Assembly (NCBI GenBank): GCA_965644315.1
Contig: CBFFRQ010000006.1
Coordinates: forward strand, 62,001 to 126,000
Source: Caecitellus pseudoparvulus
Lineage: Eukaryota; Protista; Bigyra: Bicosoecida
Length of the DNA stretch: 64,000 bases
Direction of reading: 5' to 3'
Shown here piece after piece: positions 18,304-33,300 of this stretch. The notes beneath the pieces were generated by a model. The model was not told where the DNA came from. It was given only the letters and a program-made list of their open reading frames with translations, and did not search any database. The position numbers were made by a program, and so were the translations under genes. Each line of letters begins with the position of its first letter. Position 1 is the first letter of the stretch.

Positions 18304-21300
18304 ATGAGTTCCATGCGATCTTCAGTGCGGTGTTCGCCCTATGCGCGGCCTGGCGCGCTGGTCGCCAGCTTGCTGTGCCTCAGCCTGTTGCGCGTCGTGG
18401 TCGGTACGTGGACAGGATCCACTGGTGCTGATGCTGAAGCTGCGAAAGCCGACAGCCTCACGGCACCTCCTCGCGCCCCTCTTGCTTGATGCAGGCGGAA
18501 TTACCCAGGCCATCATCGATAACAGCACGCCTGGCTGGACCCTCGGACCAGGTGACCTGCTCGGCCACGGCAGCGCAGTCCTTGGGGAGCACCCTGTGAC
18601 TGGTGACAAAATCGTCATCATGGCTGCATTTGGTGCTCAAGTTGTGTTCTACTTCACAGTCTCTGCAGACGGAACTCAAACAGCCCCCATTTCGATTGGA
18701 AATGCTTCGTGCCCCGGTCTTATCGTGCAAGGCGGTGCAAGGTTCGGCATCGGGTTGTCGGCTGTTGGCGACGTGGACGGGGACGGCTTTCCAGACGCCG
18801 TTGTATCAGCAGACTTGCACGACGGTGCCTTTGGAGACCAGGGCTCTCTGTACGTGTTATTTCTTCAAGATTCTGCCTCTCCCTGTCGCAGTGCAACTTT
18901 CATCACCGACGGGGTGGGGGGCCTTCCCAGCGGAACCCTGCCCACCGGATCAAGTTTCGGCCTTGACTTAACTGGCATTGGAGACATTGATGGGGATGAC
19001 GTCCCTGACGTCCTTGTTGGTACCCGCCAGCCAGTGGGCGCGATTGGCACTGGCGCAGCCCACATCCTCCTGCTCCACCCCAACGGCACGGTGAAGTTTC
19101 ACCACCAGCTCAGCCACCTCAACATGAACGTGAGCAGTGCAGCCCACACACACTTCGGCGACGGTGTGGCCTCCCTTGGCGACTATGATGATGATGGCGT
19201 CCCTGACATTGCGATTGGCTCTCCCTCTGACGCCGTACACGGCTCCATCCTCATCGTCCCCATGCTCGTTAGTGGACTGCCGAAGTACTCAGGCATTGTC
19301 AAGTTGACGATTGACACTCCGGGCCTCGCTGGGGGTGGACAGCCCCCTTCAGCTCGGTTTGGGAATGGTGTGGCAGGTGTGGGAGACCTTGACGGCAATG
19401 GGAAGTTGGACCTCTTGGTCACCGCGCAAGCCTCGCAGCGGCCGGGAGACGGGCGGATTGGGGAGCTGGTATTCGTACTCATGGACACAGACGATACAGT
19501 GCTGACAACGTCAAACATATCACATGGGACGCCTGGTGTCAGCACAGTGGTGGGCGATCAATTTGGGGTTGATGCCGCTTCGGCCGGCGATTTGGACGGG
19601 GACGGCAGGTTGGAGATCTTCGCAGGAGCCTATGCCTACACTTCTAGCGCCGGCCGGATGTATCACTTTGAGACAGACTACATCGTTCCACCTAATTCCC
19701 TGCCGGAGACTCCGTCAACCCACAAGCCGCTTGTGATTGACAGCTTCCCGATTAACTTCAACGAGTCCACCCTGCAGAATAGGCTGGCGACCAGTGGTGC
19801 GAATTTTGGCGCTGCGCTCTGCAGCCTGGGCGACGTCGATGGTGACTATGGCGTTGACTTCGCTGTGGGGGCTCCTGGGGCGGTGGACGGTTCAGGTACG
19901 AGTGTGGGAGGAGCTGTGTGGATCATGACGCGGGCCTCAAGCGGGACACCTGTGAGCTCATTCAAGATCGCCACGGGGCTGGCTGGGTTCACACTGGGCA
20001 CCACAGGGCAAGAATTTGGAGCTGCTGTAGCGGGCGTCGGGGACGTGAACCTGGACGGGACCGTGGATTTGGTCGTGGGAGCTCCAGGCACTGACCGCGT
20101 GTACTTGCTCTTCCTCGCAGCCACTGGCGGCCCAGTTGTCGTGTCTGTCGCGAGGGCCGTGGAGATCGGAGGCGGTCTATCGGGTATGGCGTCGCCTGTT
20201 CCAGCAGGGTCAGACTTTGGCGCTGCACTGGGTGTCCTCGGGGATGTGAACGGCGACGGCGTCACGGACATCATGGTGGGGGCTATCTCCTACGCCGCCG
20301 GAGCTGTGCTGACTGGCGCCTGCTACTCCCTGGCGCTGCACAGCGATGGCCTTGTGAAGTCCGACAAGCTGCTCGCCAACTCAGCAGGGGGCTTCCCTGC
20401 CGTGACGTTCCCTGCGCAGTCCCGCATGGGGTCAGCGGTGGCTGGTCTGGGCCTTGTCAACGACGACGCGGTGCCTGACGTAGCCATCGGAGTGCCAACC
20501 GTTTCTTCCACAGGGTCCATAGTCATTGCCTTCATGAAGGCTGACTTGTCTGTGCGCAGCTTTGTCTCCATCGAAGCAGCCTCCGCTCCCTTCAGCCTGT
20601 CTGGGTCGCCTGCCTTTGGTGCCTCCCTCGCGGCGCTGGGCGACCAAAACGGCGACACCATCGCTGAGTTGATCATCGGCGCACCAGGTGCAGGAGCAGG
20701 CAATGAAGGCGAGTTGTACATCGTGCAGCTGGGCGCAGATGGCAGCGTCTCGCGCAAGCGTCCTCTTCATCGGGACCTCGCCCACATGGCAGATGCGCCG
20801 GATGCGGGGGCGTTTGGGACCGCTCTAGCAGTGCTGGGAGAAGATGAGGCGCTGAAGACAGTCACCCTCATCGTCGGTGATGCCCAGTATGGCAGCGCCA
20901 GCTCGCAGCAAGGTAGGGTGGACTTGCTCACCACTCCGCTGTCCACTCGCCACGAGCACCAAGCCGTCTCCCTTCGCCTGGCTGGCGTGCCGGCCATCGG
21001 GGGGCAGGTCGCACGTGTGAACGTCATTGGGAGCCGCTCAGACGAAGCAGCAGGCGCAGAGGTGCAAGTCGGCAGCGGCCTGGGACCCGTCGCTGTCCTG
21101 GGCACCCGCCCGCAGGATGGCTCCACACTGCTCGCACTGGGCGCCCCAACCGCATCCAATGGCGGTGTAGAGCGGGGGAAAGTGTATATCTATGTCAAGT
21201 CGCCTTCAGAGGGCGTCCTGTCTCGCACGTTCTTATCGCCAGACTCATGCCCTGGCTTGCCAGCTTCCGCCGATGGCGACCTCTTTGGCTACAGCGTCGC

Positions 21301-24300
21301 TGCTGCGGGCGACTTGAACTTGGACGGCATGCCTGACTTGCTTGTCGGCGCGGCAGGCGCCGATGGCATCGCAACAGGTGATGGTGCGCTGTACGTCATG
21401 CTGCTGGACGTGGACGCCTCCTGCCGCAGCGGGCACCGCATCACGGGCTGCACCTCAGGCTGTGCACTGGAACTAGCTACAGGGGCAGCCCTTGGCTCAG
21501 CAGTGGCTGGCACGGGCGACATCAATGGTGATGGTGTGCCTGACATGGCATTCGGGGCACAGGGGCACGACTCCGACGATGGTGCGTTCGGAGTCATGTT
21601 TTTGACGGATGACGGCTCTGAGCTGAGCAGCACCCTGACCGAGCGAGCGGATTTGGGTGCGAACGCGTGGGACGCAGGGGCCATGGCAGGAGCGTCAGTA
21701 TGCGGTCTTGGAAAATGGGATGGGGATGACGTGCCTGACATTGCCGTGGGCGCGCCCTACTCAGACGAGGGGCTTGATGACTCGGGTTCGGTGCTTGTCG
21801 TTTCACTTCTCAGCTCCGGGCTGCCAAGCTCAGTCATCAAAATCGACCGACTTGTGGCGGACATGCTACCTGACTTGGTGGAGGGCGGCAAGTTCGGTGC
21901 ATCCCTCACGGCAGCTGGCGACTTCTTCGGGGATGGCCGTGGCGACATCATTGTCGGCAGTCCACACCTCACAAACAAGCAAGGGAACAAAGGCGCGGCT
22001 CTCCTTCTTAACTTAAACGGTGCAGGTGCTCCTTCACGACTCTTCCGCTTCGATGTGGCTGCAAAGGGTCTCAGATCCATGCTTGTGACTGGCGATGGCT
22101 TCGGCTCCCACGTCACTGTGGCAGGAGATGTGGACGGTGATGGTGCCGTGGACATCTTTATTGGGGCTGACCAGGCACAAGGTGGCCGCGGGGCGGTGTT
22201 CCACATCTCGGCGCCTAACTTCAACCCCGAACCGGCCCTGTCCCAGGACGCCTTGCGAACGCGCGATCTCATCGCCGCCTCCGCTGCGTACCCTGCCGCT
22301 CCTGACTCGTGGAGCCCTGGCACCCCCAGCCGAACTCTGACGCTGAGCAGCGACGTGGCAGTTGTGGGCGACATTGACGGGGACGGCATCCTGGACATCG
22401 TAACTGGCGCCCCTGCTGGTCGCAACGCCGGGGGCAGTGTGGCCGGCTCTGTCGTCGTGCACTTGCTCGGTACCAACCTCGCCATCGACGCTTCCTTCAA
22501 GCTCGCCGGCGGAGTGGGGGGGCTGACGTTTGCCTCCACAACCTCCACTCTGGGCGCCGCTGTAGCAGGGGTAGGAGACCTGGACCAGGATGGCGTGCCT
22601 GACATTGGCATTGGGGCACCGACACACGCTGGTGGCGGTGCAGTTGTGCTCGCTTTCCTGGCCGTGTCTCACGGGCCCCTTGCAGTGCAGGCAAAGGCGA
22701 CAAAGATGTTGGATTCATCCACTGCAAACTTTGGCGCTAGCCTGCACCAAAATGCCAGCCTGGGGGCTTCGCTGGCGAGCATTGGGGACGTGGACAAGGA
22801 TGGCGTCCCAGACATCGCTGCTGGGGCGCCTGGAACCCCGTCAAATGGCGCAGTCATGATCATGTTCCCCACGCGCAACGGTGGCCTCTTAGCGACGTAC
22901 TTCATCGTGCCAGGGGAGATTGGCGGCCTGGCAAGTGGCATGTTCACCAACGGGGGGCGCTTCGGTGTGTCTGTCGCTGGACTGGGAGACGTCGATGGTG
23001 ACCGGACCCCCGACATGGCGGTTGGGGCAGACGAAGCCTTGACCGTTGCTCCCAGAATGCTGGGTGAAGTGCACATTGTCTTCCTACTCCCCAGTGGGGA
23101 AGTCAAAGGCTCCGTTCGCCTGAACGCCACACACCCAGGCATGCCTGCGGGGCTGCAGGACGCAGACCACTTTGGCTTCGCCCTGGACAGCCCAGGGGAC
23201 TTGACGGGCGACGGGGTGCCGGACTTGCTTGTGTCTGCACCAGGGAACGCCTCCGAAGGGCAGCAAGCGGCGCTGTACATCTTGCACCTGGAGGCCGGGG
23301 CAGCAGGCATCCGGGGAGCTGCGAAGCTCACCCAGTTCTCAGCGAATATGCCGCCGCCTTCTGAGAGCGGTTTGTTCGGCAGTGGCGTTGCATGGCTTGG
23401 TGACGCGTTCGGCAACGGCTCGTGGAGCCTGGCCATTGCAGACGCGGGCTTCGATGGAAGCTCCACGGCTGGGCGCCTGACTTTTTCTACCACTTCTATC
23501 TCTCAAGCTGTCCCAACAACAACGCTGGTACAGCGGCTGAGCCGCACGCCATTCCCCGGCAGCAGCGTGATTGAGCACGAGCTAGTGACACCTGCTTCGC
23601 TTGGCTGGGCAGACAATGCCACCTTCCTTGGTGGTGCAGTGGTACTTGGCGACAGTCCTGCCGGCTTCGGGCGCATGCTAGCAGTTGGAGACGCAGAGCA
23701 CGCTGCAGGAGGGAAAACTGCTGGAGGGGTGCACCTGTACCACATGAAAGATGCCCGAGACTTTTCCACCTCAGACACTCTGGATGTGGTCACCTGCCCC
23801 GACCTGGATGCGTACTTGGCCACTTCGAACTCATTTGGGTATTCTGTGAGCGCTGTCGGGGATGTTAATGGGGATTTGCACCCAGATATAGTTGTGGGTG
23901 CGCCATACTGGTCCGCCTTCTCTGGCATGGTGTTTGTTATCCGTCTCAGTGGGCTGAGGTGCATTGGTGTCACTGCCATAGGTACTAACAATGGCGGCTT
24001 GGTCTCGTCAACTCTCGTGTTTGGCTTCTCAGTGGCTGGCATCGGCGACATCAACGGAGACGGTGTCCCGGACATCGCCGTCGGAGATGCACGGGCCCCC
24101 AACGCGGGGAGCGGTAGCGGCTCTGTGCACGTGTTGCGGCTGGACAGGGCAGGCCGCGTCATCGGCCAGAGCTTGATCATCTCTGATGGCAGCAGCTTCA
24201 TCATGAACAGTCTGGAGTTCGGGAATTCCGTGAGCTTCCTGGGGGACGTGCAAGGTGATGGAACTGCCGAGATTCTGGTCGGCGCACCTGGTGATGGTGA

Positions 24301-27300
24301 TGTCGGGTGTGCCGAGTGTGGAGCAGTGTACATCATCTCCCTGACGCCAGAGGGTGAAGTGCACGATTATGTAAAGCTAGATCACGACACACCAGGTTTG
24401 CAGAACATCGCGAGCGCAGGCTCCAGGTTCGGAAGCAGTGTCGTTGGTGTCGGCGATGTAAGCGGGGATGGCGTGCCAGACTTCTTGGCATCCGCTGCCG
24501 GCTGGGACGCGTCAGCACCCTTTCCAGCGGGTGCCGCTGCTCTGTTCCACCTTCATGCCAACGAGTCGCTGACCCTGGCTGAGATGTACTTTTCTGGCGT
24601 GAATGGCGTGCATCCGACCAACTCAACCTGTTTCATGTCCTTCCTTTCAGGCCTGGGCGACTTGGACGGCGACGGCATGTTGGACTTTGCAGCCTCAGCA
24701 TCCTGTGCTGGCCCTCGTGGCGAGCTGGATATGTTCTTCACCAGCACACCTGTCGCCACCCAGTCATTGCCTGCCACGACACCAATCGTTCCCCAGGTCC
24801 TCGAGCAGCCGAACCCTTCCATTCGCGTGAATGACGGCAGCTTGCAAGACTGGAAAAACGGGAATGTTCAAGTGCGGCAGGTAATTCCGCTCGGTGATGT
24901 GAACGGCGACGGCTTCGTGGACTTGTTTTGGAGTGGCATCATGGTGCAGTCTGCAAGTCACGCTCACTTTGGCGGTGGCTGGGTGCTGATTTCTGCACCC
25001 ACCTCTGGCACCTTCACCACGCGCAAGATCTCGGGGGGCTACGGCAGCTGGCCGAGTCCCCCCTCTTGGGGCCAGAACCTGGGTTCTGCCTGTGCAGCGA
25101 TTGGGGACCTTGACGGAAACGGAGTCCCAGACCTAGCACTCGGCGCTCGACTGGCACCCCCGTCAGGCCAAGGCACAGTCTACATCCTTTTCCTCTCCTA
25201 CACGACAGCGGGAGCTGTAGTCAACATCCTTGACCACGCAGAGCTCGTCCCATCAGGCCTTCCCAACAATGCTTACTATGGGGAAGCGGTTGCTGTGCTG
25301 GGTGACCTGGACGGCGACACATTTGCAAGCATCGCAGTTGGGGCGCCTGGTTACGACGCTAAGCGTGGGGCAGTATACACGGTGGAGTACTCCGTCTCTG
25401 GGACAAACACAACCCTTGAAGGGTCCTACCGCATTTTCAGCCCAGCCACCGCGGAGACTGGACGCCTGCCTGCCGGTTCTCTAAACGTGAACGACGGGTT
25501 CGGACACCACGTTGCCTACCTCGGCGACGTGGATGGGGACATGATCGGCGACATCGCAGTGGGAGGCGATGCACTTCGTGGGTCCACGGTGGGGAAGCAT
25601 GGAAGCGTGTGGATTGTCACGCTGACAGATGGCGGGCAAGTCAGCAACTCGACTGAAATCTCCCGGACGAGCGGGGGACTGGACGGGCTACTTGACGATG
25701 CCATCTTTTTCGGCTCTGCACTCACGGGAGTTGGGGATGTCAACGGAGACGGCATTCCTGACGTCTTGGTTGGCGCTGAACGCGAAGGCAACGACGACGG
25801 AGCGCTGTACCTCATGCTGCTGTCTAGTTCGCGCAGTGCCATTGGTCTGACGCGGGTGACGACTCGCTCCCCTGGGGTGAACGGTGAGCAGGGCACTTTG
25901 TGGGGTTCGGGGCTCGCATGGCTCGGAGATGAAGACGGGGACGGGTTTGGCCGCCTTGTCATCGGGTCGAGGTTCCCGAGTTCTGCCCCATACGGGCGAC
26001 TGGACTTCTCCGACACGTCCATCAGGCACCAATCCGGCACATGCAGCCCTGAGCTGGACGTCGCTGGACTTTCTTGCAATGGGTACATGGAATCTGCTGG
26101 TCACCTGCTCCCTACCACCGCCAACATGGCTCTCAGCAGCGGCCATCGATTCAGTGGGGGCATTGCCGTGCTCGGGCAGCGACCTGACGGAGCAGGTTTG
26201 TTGGTCGCGGTCGGTGCGAGTGAAGCGGACTCCGGAACTGGCCGCATCGCCGTGGTGACCAAGACCGGCGCTACGACGTGGGCCAACCCTGTGGCGCTTG
26301 ACAGCTCTGAAGGGACATGTGCCTCATTCAGATCTGCCTTTACGCCTGGTACGAAACTGGGGGAATCGCTTGGCGGCATCGGAGACTTGAACGGGGACGG
26401 CATGCCTGAGCTCCTGGTCGGCTCACCACACGATGATACAGATGACACAAACTCCGGCGCTGCCTACGTCGTATTCCTGTTGGGCAACGGGGAGTGCAGA
26501 CACAAAAAGAAGCTGACCAGCGGCGTGAACGGCATGCCAGGTTCCCTGCTCGCAGCCGAGGACGCCTTTGGGGCTGCCGTCGCGGGTATCGGGGACGTGG
26601 ACGATGACGGGTATGCCGACATCGCTGTGTCTGCAACCGGGTATGGGGCCCTCTCAACCGGAGCTGTGTTTGTGCTGCTGATGGAGAGCTCTGGGGAAGT
26701 GCGAGGTCATCAAGCGATTACGAGCCCCCTCCCTGGAGCTCTAGGCCTTCCTGCGAATGCCGCATTTGGCAGCTGCATCGGGGCGCTCGATGATTTTGAT
26801 GGAGATGGAGTCCCAGACATCGTCGTCGGCGCGAAGGATGACGGTGTTGCCGGAGCTGTGTTTGTCATTCGCCTGAGGAGCTCAGGGGCGGCCAAAGCAG
26901 CAAGCCGCATTGATTCAACCACCCCTGCCTTAGCAAGCCTGCTCAGTTCCGGCGATGACTTTGGTTCTGCCTGTGTCACAGCTGGGGACCACAATGCTGA
27001 TGGAGTGCGCGACATCATTGTCGGCGCACCCGGCACCGCCTTCGGCGGCTTGACTGGCTCTGGACAAGTCATTCTCGTGACGCTTGCCCCCGATGGCAGC
27101 GCTCTGGGGGCGTTGCCACTGAATGGAGCAGGCAAAGGGGTGACAGACCTTGAAGCAGGTGACGCCTTCGGGGCTTCCTTGGCAAGTTTGGGTGACCCAA
27201 ACGGGTCCTCCCGCCATTCGCTGCTTGTGAGTGCACCGTCCAAGGCTCCTGGCGGGGGCGGAAACCCAACCACTGGGCTGGCCTATGCCTTGGAGCTGAC

Positions 27301-30300
27301 CACAGAGCTTCCGCTGTCTGCCCCACCTCCCGGTATTGCAGATTCTTCGTTTGTTGCCGAAGTGTCCAGCTTGCCGCCTCTCCCTCTTGCGAACATTGCA
27401 AACATCGAGGCGACGTCAGGGCTGAAGTTCGGGTCCGCAGTGGCAGGCGTGGGCGACATTGACGGCGATGGTGAGGGGGACTTTGTCGTTGGCGCCGAGG
27501 GTGCGATGGACGTGGGCGGCAGCACTGTACGGGGCGCTGTGTGGATCGTCCGGCCGCAGCGGACAGGCGGCCTCCTCACTGACAAAATCGCACATGGCCT
27601 GGCTGGGTTCAGCTATGTGCCGGCGGGTGGAAGCCCTCAGACAGGCGCGGCCGTCGCGGCCTTGGGCGACTTGAACCACGACGGCACCATGGACCTCGCG
27701 GTGGGCTCCCCCGGTGGTGGCGTCGATGCATCGGGCGTGGTGCACGTCCTGCACCTAGCTGTAGATCCTACAGGTGTGAGTGTGAGCGCTTCCCGACTCA
27801 TTGACAACGGGCAGGGCGGGAAGGCTTCCGACATTTCTGCGGGAGATGCCTTTGGATCAAGCCTGTCCGCCCACCCTCAAGCAGGGGCTGGCTCCGCTCC
27901 CATCCTGCTGGTCGGGTCACCAGGAAGCACTTCAGGCACGGGCCACTTTCACTGCTTGCCCTTATCTTCGACCGGCGAAGTCACTGGGACGGAAGTCGTG
28001 CATGGGTCATTGCCTGGGTATGCTCTGCTGCCTGGCGATGCCTTTGCGGCCTCCCTGGTCACGCTGGGGGACCTTGGCGGGTCCTCCCACCCCGACATGG
28101 CTGTCGGCGCCCCAGGCGTGGACGATGAGTACCCGAACTCGGGCGCAGTGTTTATCCTGTTCATGGGCCCAGGCCTTAGTGTCACATCGGCAGTGAAGCT
28201 CAATGCCTCCACGCCCAGCATTGGCTTCAACTTCCATGCAGGTGCTCGCTTCGGTGCGTCATTGAGTGCCGGCCCCGGCACTGCAGACCAAGTGGACATG
28301 CCGCTGCTCGTCGTGGGCGCACCAGGGTACGCTGTGGAAGGCGCGGTGGTAGGTGCTTGTGCGCTCCTGGCGCTGCAGCCTGACGTCAGCATTGTTCAGA
28401 GCAGCACAGTGACCCCGCTCAGCAACTCGGACCTGAACGCTGGCTTGGGCACAGACTTTGGAGCTGCCGTTGCGTGGACCGGGGACTCTGCGGGCAAAGG
28501 CGTTCCCAGAATACTCGTGGGGCTGCCGCTGGACAACTTAACCGGTGTTCACCAAGGCAGCGTCAAGGCCATGAGCACCGTCTTGCTGAGTGAGCGGTTC
28601 CAACTCCCCTTGCAGCTGGAGGCAATTGGAGAAGTGAACCCGTTCAGCTACCGCTCCGCCCTTGCCTTGGTCCAGAACGCGTCCTTCGGACTGTCAGTTG
28701 GGGGGGGGCAGTTTTTCGGTGCTGGAGCAGCCACTGTTGGCGAGCGATCTGACGGGCTCGGGAGGCTGCTGGCCTTCGGGGCCAGTGCTACTGGATCTGG
28801 CTCCGACACTGGGTCTGTGTACATCATGTCTGCTCTGAAGGAAAACCCTGGCACACTGTCCCAACTTTATACCCTTCCCACAGCAGTGTGTGGCGCAGGG
28901 GACCTTGTCGGCGGTGATGCATTTGGCTCTGCAGTGGCTGGCCTGGGTGACGTTGACGGAGATGGGCACGCGGACCTCATCGTTGGTGCACCTGGGGTGG
29001 CCAGCAACCAGGGGGCTGCATTCGTCCTCCTCTTGCACGGCAATGGGGCATGCTTACAAAGTACTGTTGTAGCTAGCGGTTCAGGTGGCTTCCCGAGTGT
29101 GCTGGTGTCAGCTGATGAGTTTGGGGCTTCCGTAGCTGGGCTGGGAGACGTCAATTCCGATGGAGTTCCAGATGCAGCGATTGGAGTGCCCGGCCGGGAT
29201 GGCTTCTTCACGCTGACCCTTGATGCCACGGGGCGGGTGACGGGATCACCGACTGGAGTCGGTGCAGCTCCGTGGACAGCCATCGTGAACGTCACTGTCC
29301 AGGCCGGCTCTGGCTTCGGGCAGTCCATGGCAGGCCTGGGGGCTTGGGATTCAGCGGACGCCCACCCCGACATTGCAGTGGGTGCCCCACAGGACGACAG
29401 TGAAGGGGTGGACAAAGGAGCGGTGTTCATTGTTCGCCTCGATGCGTCTGGGGCGCCCGTGGTCGGCGTGCGGCTGTCCACAGCCTCCCCATTCTTGTCT
29501 GGCCTGGAGGCAGGGCACTCCTTCGGCTCTAGCATTGCATTCTTGGGCGACATTGACAGCAATGGTGTCGGGGACATTCTCGTCGGAGCTGCTGCAAAAG
29601 GCTCGACCTCTTCCCCGGGCTCTGTGTGGCCACTGCGCCTGCGCAGCGATGGTAGCATTGCGTCTGCAGAAGCATGGGATGCAACCCTGGATGGCTTGAC
29701 TGCATTGAAGGATGACGATTACTTTGGCGCATCTGTGGCGTGCATTGGTGACTTGACAGGTGACGGCCGGCTTGAAGTCATGGTCGGCCTGCCAGGGTGG
29801 GATGCTACCTTCCAAGAGACGGGAGGCGTGGTCCTCGTGTCTTCAACAATGCCAGCGGGCGCGAGCTTGGCCAGCGTTCCACACGGCGGTGATCAGGTCA
29901 TCGTGTCCTCAACCTCGTTCCCAGTGAGCAGTGCCTCGGTTTCGGGTTGGAGCAGCGCTCCAACGGCACAGTTCGGGTCGGCAGCTTCATTCCTGGGTGA
30001 CCTGGATGGAGATGGCTACGCTGAGATTGGAATTGGTGCCGTGGGCATGCGGGGAGCGGGCTCCATCACAAGCGGCGCAGTGTGGATCCAGTTCTCAGAT
30101 GGTGCTGGTGCGTTCAGCGGCAGCAACCTCATCGCCAGTGGGCTCGCAGGCATGCCCACTTTGGTAGCTGGAGACGAGTTTGGAGCGGCTATTGCCGCCT
30201 TGGGCGACGTGGACTTGGATGGCCAGCCTGACATCGCTGTTGGGGCGCCGGGAGCCAGCTCGAAAGGCCGGGTTTTCATCCTGATGCTGCAGAGTTCCAG

Positions 30301-33300
30301 TGGCTCGGTGCAAGTGACTCACAGTGTGGAGATAGGAGGTGCCCTTGGCGGGACAGCCTGGCAGCCATCGGCTGGGGACCGCTTTGGCGCTGCATTGTGG
30401 GCGCAGGCGAACCTTGAAGATGGCGCACCCTGCCGCCTGTTTGTGGGTGCTCCTGGCATTGACACTGGGCATGACAATGCTGGGGGGCTGGTGAATGTGG
30501 AGCTCACTCCCACAGGCGATGGGTCCTTCCGAGCCTACTACATCGACACCTTCCTCTCTGGCAACCCGCTCGTTGAAGACAGCTACTTTGGCAGCGCTGT
30601 GGTCGGGCTCGGCAACAGCACGGTCACTAGCAGCCGCACGCTTGCTGTCGGGGCACCCGGTTCTGCCCCTGGCTCTGGCTCGATTTTCGTGCTCCACCTG
30701 GCTGTAAACTGGGGCGTGGCATCCTGGTCAGTGATGAACTCATCAAGCCCTGAGCTTGGCTTGGTGCCGGGCGCCAAGTTTGGGTCTGCGCTGACCAGGG
30801 CTGACGTGAATGGAGACGGCATCGCTGACCTGTTCGCTGGGAGCCCGGGTAACCTGGACGGCTCCTTGGCAATGCTGGAGCTGGGTGAGAACGCCCAGAT
30901 GCAAAAGGTCACCTTGCTGTCCCCGTCCAGTGCGGGAGGTCAAGTACAGGGGGCGAATTCGTGGGCAGCGTCTCTAGCCTGGCTGGGGGTGGTTCCACCT
31001 GGCTCGGCGCCTACCTTGCTGGTGGGTGACCCTGCAAACACCCTTGCTGGCACCGATGCTGGCTCTGTGCAAGTCTTGGAGCTGTCGTTGCCAAACGCTG
31101 ACTCGGCATGTCCGCTGGAGCCGTTGCTGCACGACACACCGTGCACGTTCACTGACAACTGGCCCTTGGTGTCAAGCCTGCTGGAGCTGAATTCCTCTGT
31201 TGTGCCTGGGTGGAACTCCACCACAGATGTCGGGTGGGGCTTTGGCGTGCAGGCCATAGGGGACGTGAACGGAGACAGCGTGCAGGACCTTGCTGTGAGC
31301 ACCCCCATGTGGAAGGCCAGCAGCGGAGAGACCATCGGCTCCGTGTGGATTGTGTTGCCCCATGCCTCGAAAGCCCCAGGTGATTTTGCCTACTTCCAGA
31401 TTACTTCAGGCACTGCAGGCTTCAACCCTGTGCTCCCGCACAACGCGAACTTTGGGCGGGGCATTGCGAGCCTCGGCGATCTAGACGGAGATAGCGTGCC
31501 TGATCTTGCAGTGGGCGCGCCGGGTGATGCGGTGCAAGTGGGTTCGCTGTGGCTGTTGTTCTTGCAAGCACCGTCTTCCGTGTCTGTCAAGACGTTTGCC
31601 CGCATTGCTCTTGGGCAGGAGCTGGACTCACCCAGCGAGGCAAACGCTGCATTCGGAACCGCCATGGCTCTCGTCGGGGATTTGAATGCTGATGGCAACG
31701 GAGACTTGATTGTCGGCGCACCCTGGGCAGGGGGATCAGGGGCGGTGTTTGCCGTGGGACTGGACGGCATTGGCCGCGTGACCTTTGACACTCGGCTGGC
31801 GCCCGGCGCTCCAAGTGCAATTGCGGGGAGCGCACAGCTAGGACAGGAGTTCGGAGCCTCTGTCGCTGCTTTGGGAAACTTAGACGCTGCTGGCGGGCAA
31901 GACTTTGCCGTGGGCGCGCCCCGCTTCGATGGTGGTGGTTCCAACACAGGTGCTGTGTGGATCCTGTTCATGAGCGCCAGCGGTGCTTCAGTGCTGAGCA
32001 GCACCCGCATCATGCACGACACATTGGGGCTGTCCCCGATGCTGAAGCCGGACATTCGCTTTGGCTGGTCCTTGTCCGCAGGCCATTTCCGAGCAGGCTC
32101 CATCCCGGATCTCATCGTTGGCGCAGCAGCCGACGGGTCATCTTCAAGCGTTCCTGGTGCGGTATTTGCACTAGATTTGAGCAGTAGTGGCTTCGTCCAG
32201 CGCGCTGACGTGTTATCGGACGGCTTCGGTGGCATTCCTCGTGCGGTTGCAAAAGCCGAGCTGTTTGGCAGCTCGGTACAGTGGATCCCTGGCATGTTCG
32301 GCGACTCGCAGAACTTCTTGGCAGTGGGCAGCCCGCTATCTTCACTCGTTGCACCGGCCAACGGTGTGCTGAACCTCCTGGCTGTGAACACGTCCGCCGC
32401 GTCGAGTGGTTGTCCTCTGAACGTGGGCGCCGGAGGCACACCTTGCTCCTTCGCTGCTCGAGAGGCTCAACCAGCAGCTGCGTATCGCGCTGTTGGCGGG
32501 GCGACAGGGCTGGCAGGAGACGTCACAGGGGATGATGGCATGGGGGCTGCGGTGGCTGCACTTCCTGATTTGGACGCAGATGGGGCGGGTGAATTCGCTT
32601 TCGTGGCTGAGCTCGGGCAGTCCAACCAAGCCTCCACCACAGGGGCAGTGTGGATTGTGTTCATGGCGCAAAGCATGGAGGTGAAGGCGAGCGTGAAGAT
32701 TGCAGACGGGTTCGCAGGCGCTGGCGCCTTCTCATCCTTCAAGTTCGCGCCTGCCCTGGCCGTCCTGGGCGACCTTAGCCTCGGCTCAGCCGTGACGCTG
32801 CTGGTCGGCGATGCGTCTGACGACAAGGGTGGCGTGTGGGTGCTTGGCCTGAACTCGTCGGGTATCGTGCAGAGCCGATCTCGCATTGCACCCGGCACAG
32901 GCGGCTTCTCTGGAAGCTTGGCCGCAGGTGATGCGTTGGCTCAGCGCGGCCTTGCGGGTCTGGCAGATGTGGACGGGGACCAAGTGCCCGACTTTGCCGC
33001 TGGAGCGCATGGCGACGACACGGGTGGCAGCGATACGGGTGCCGTCTGGCTGGTTGGCATGCTGCGAACTGGGGCTGCGCACACCAGCGTGAAGCTGTCG
33101 GCAGACACCCCTGCCTTGAGCAGCTTGGGCTTGGGAGCTGACGCACAGTGGGGCTCCAGCGTTGCCGCACTGGGCGACGTGAACAGCGACGGCAACATGG
33201 ACATTGCAGTGGGGGCACCGGGGGCCTCCTCCTCTGGATCACAGCGTGGGGAGCTGCACATTGTGCACTTGTCTGCCACTTTGACTGCAGCCTCGTGCGC

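Noticed and set aside
18341-18494. ORF-track start of the 6840-aa protein (MRGLARWSPACC...)
   Set aside because: It reads through an apparent intron (18404-18494); the alternative-frame exon gives a proper signal peptide.
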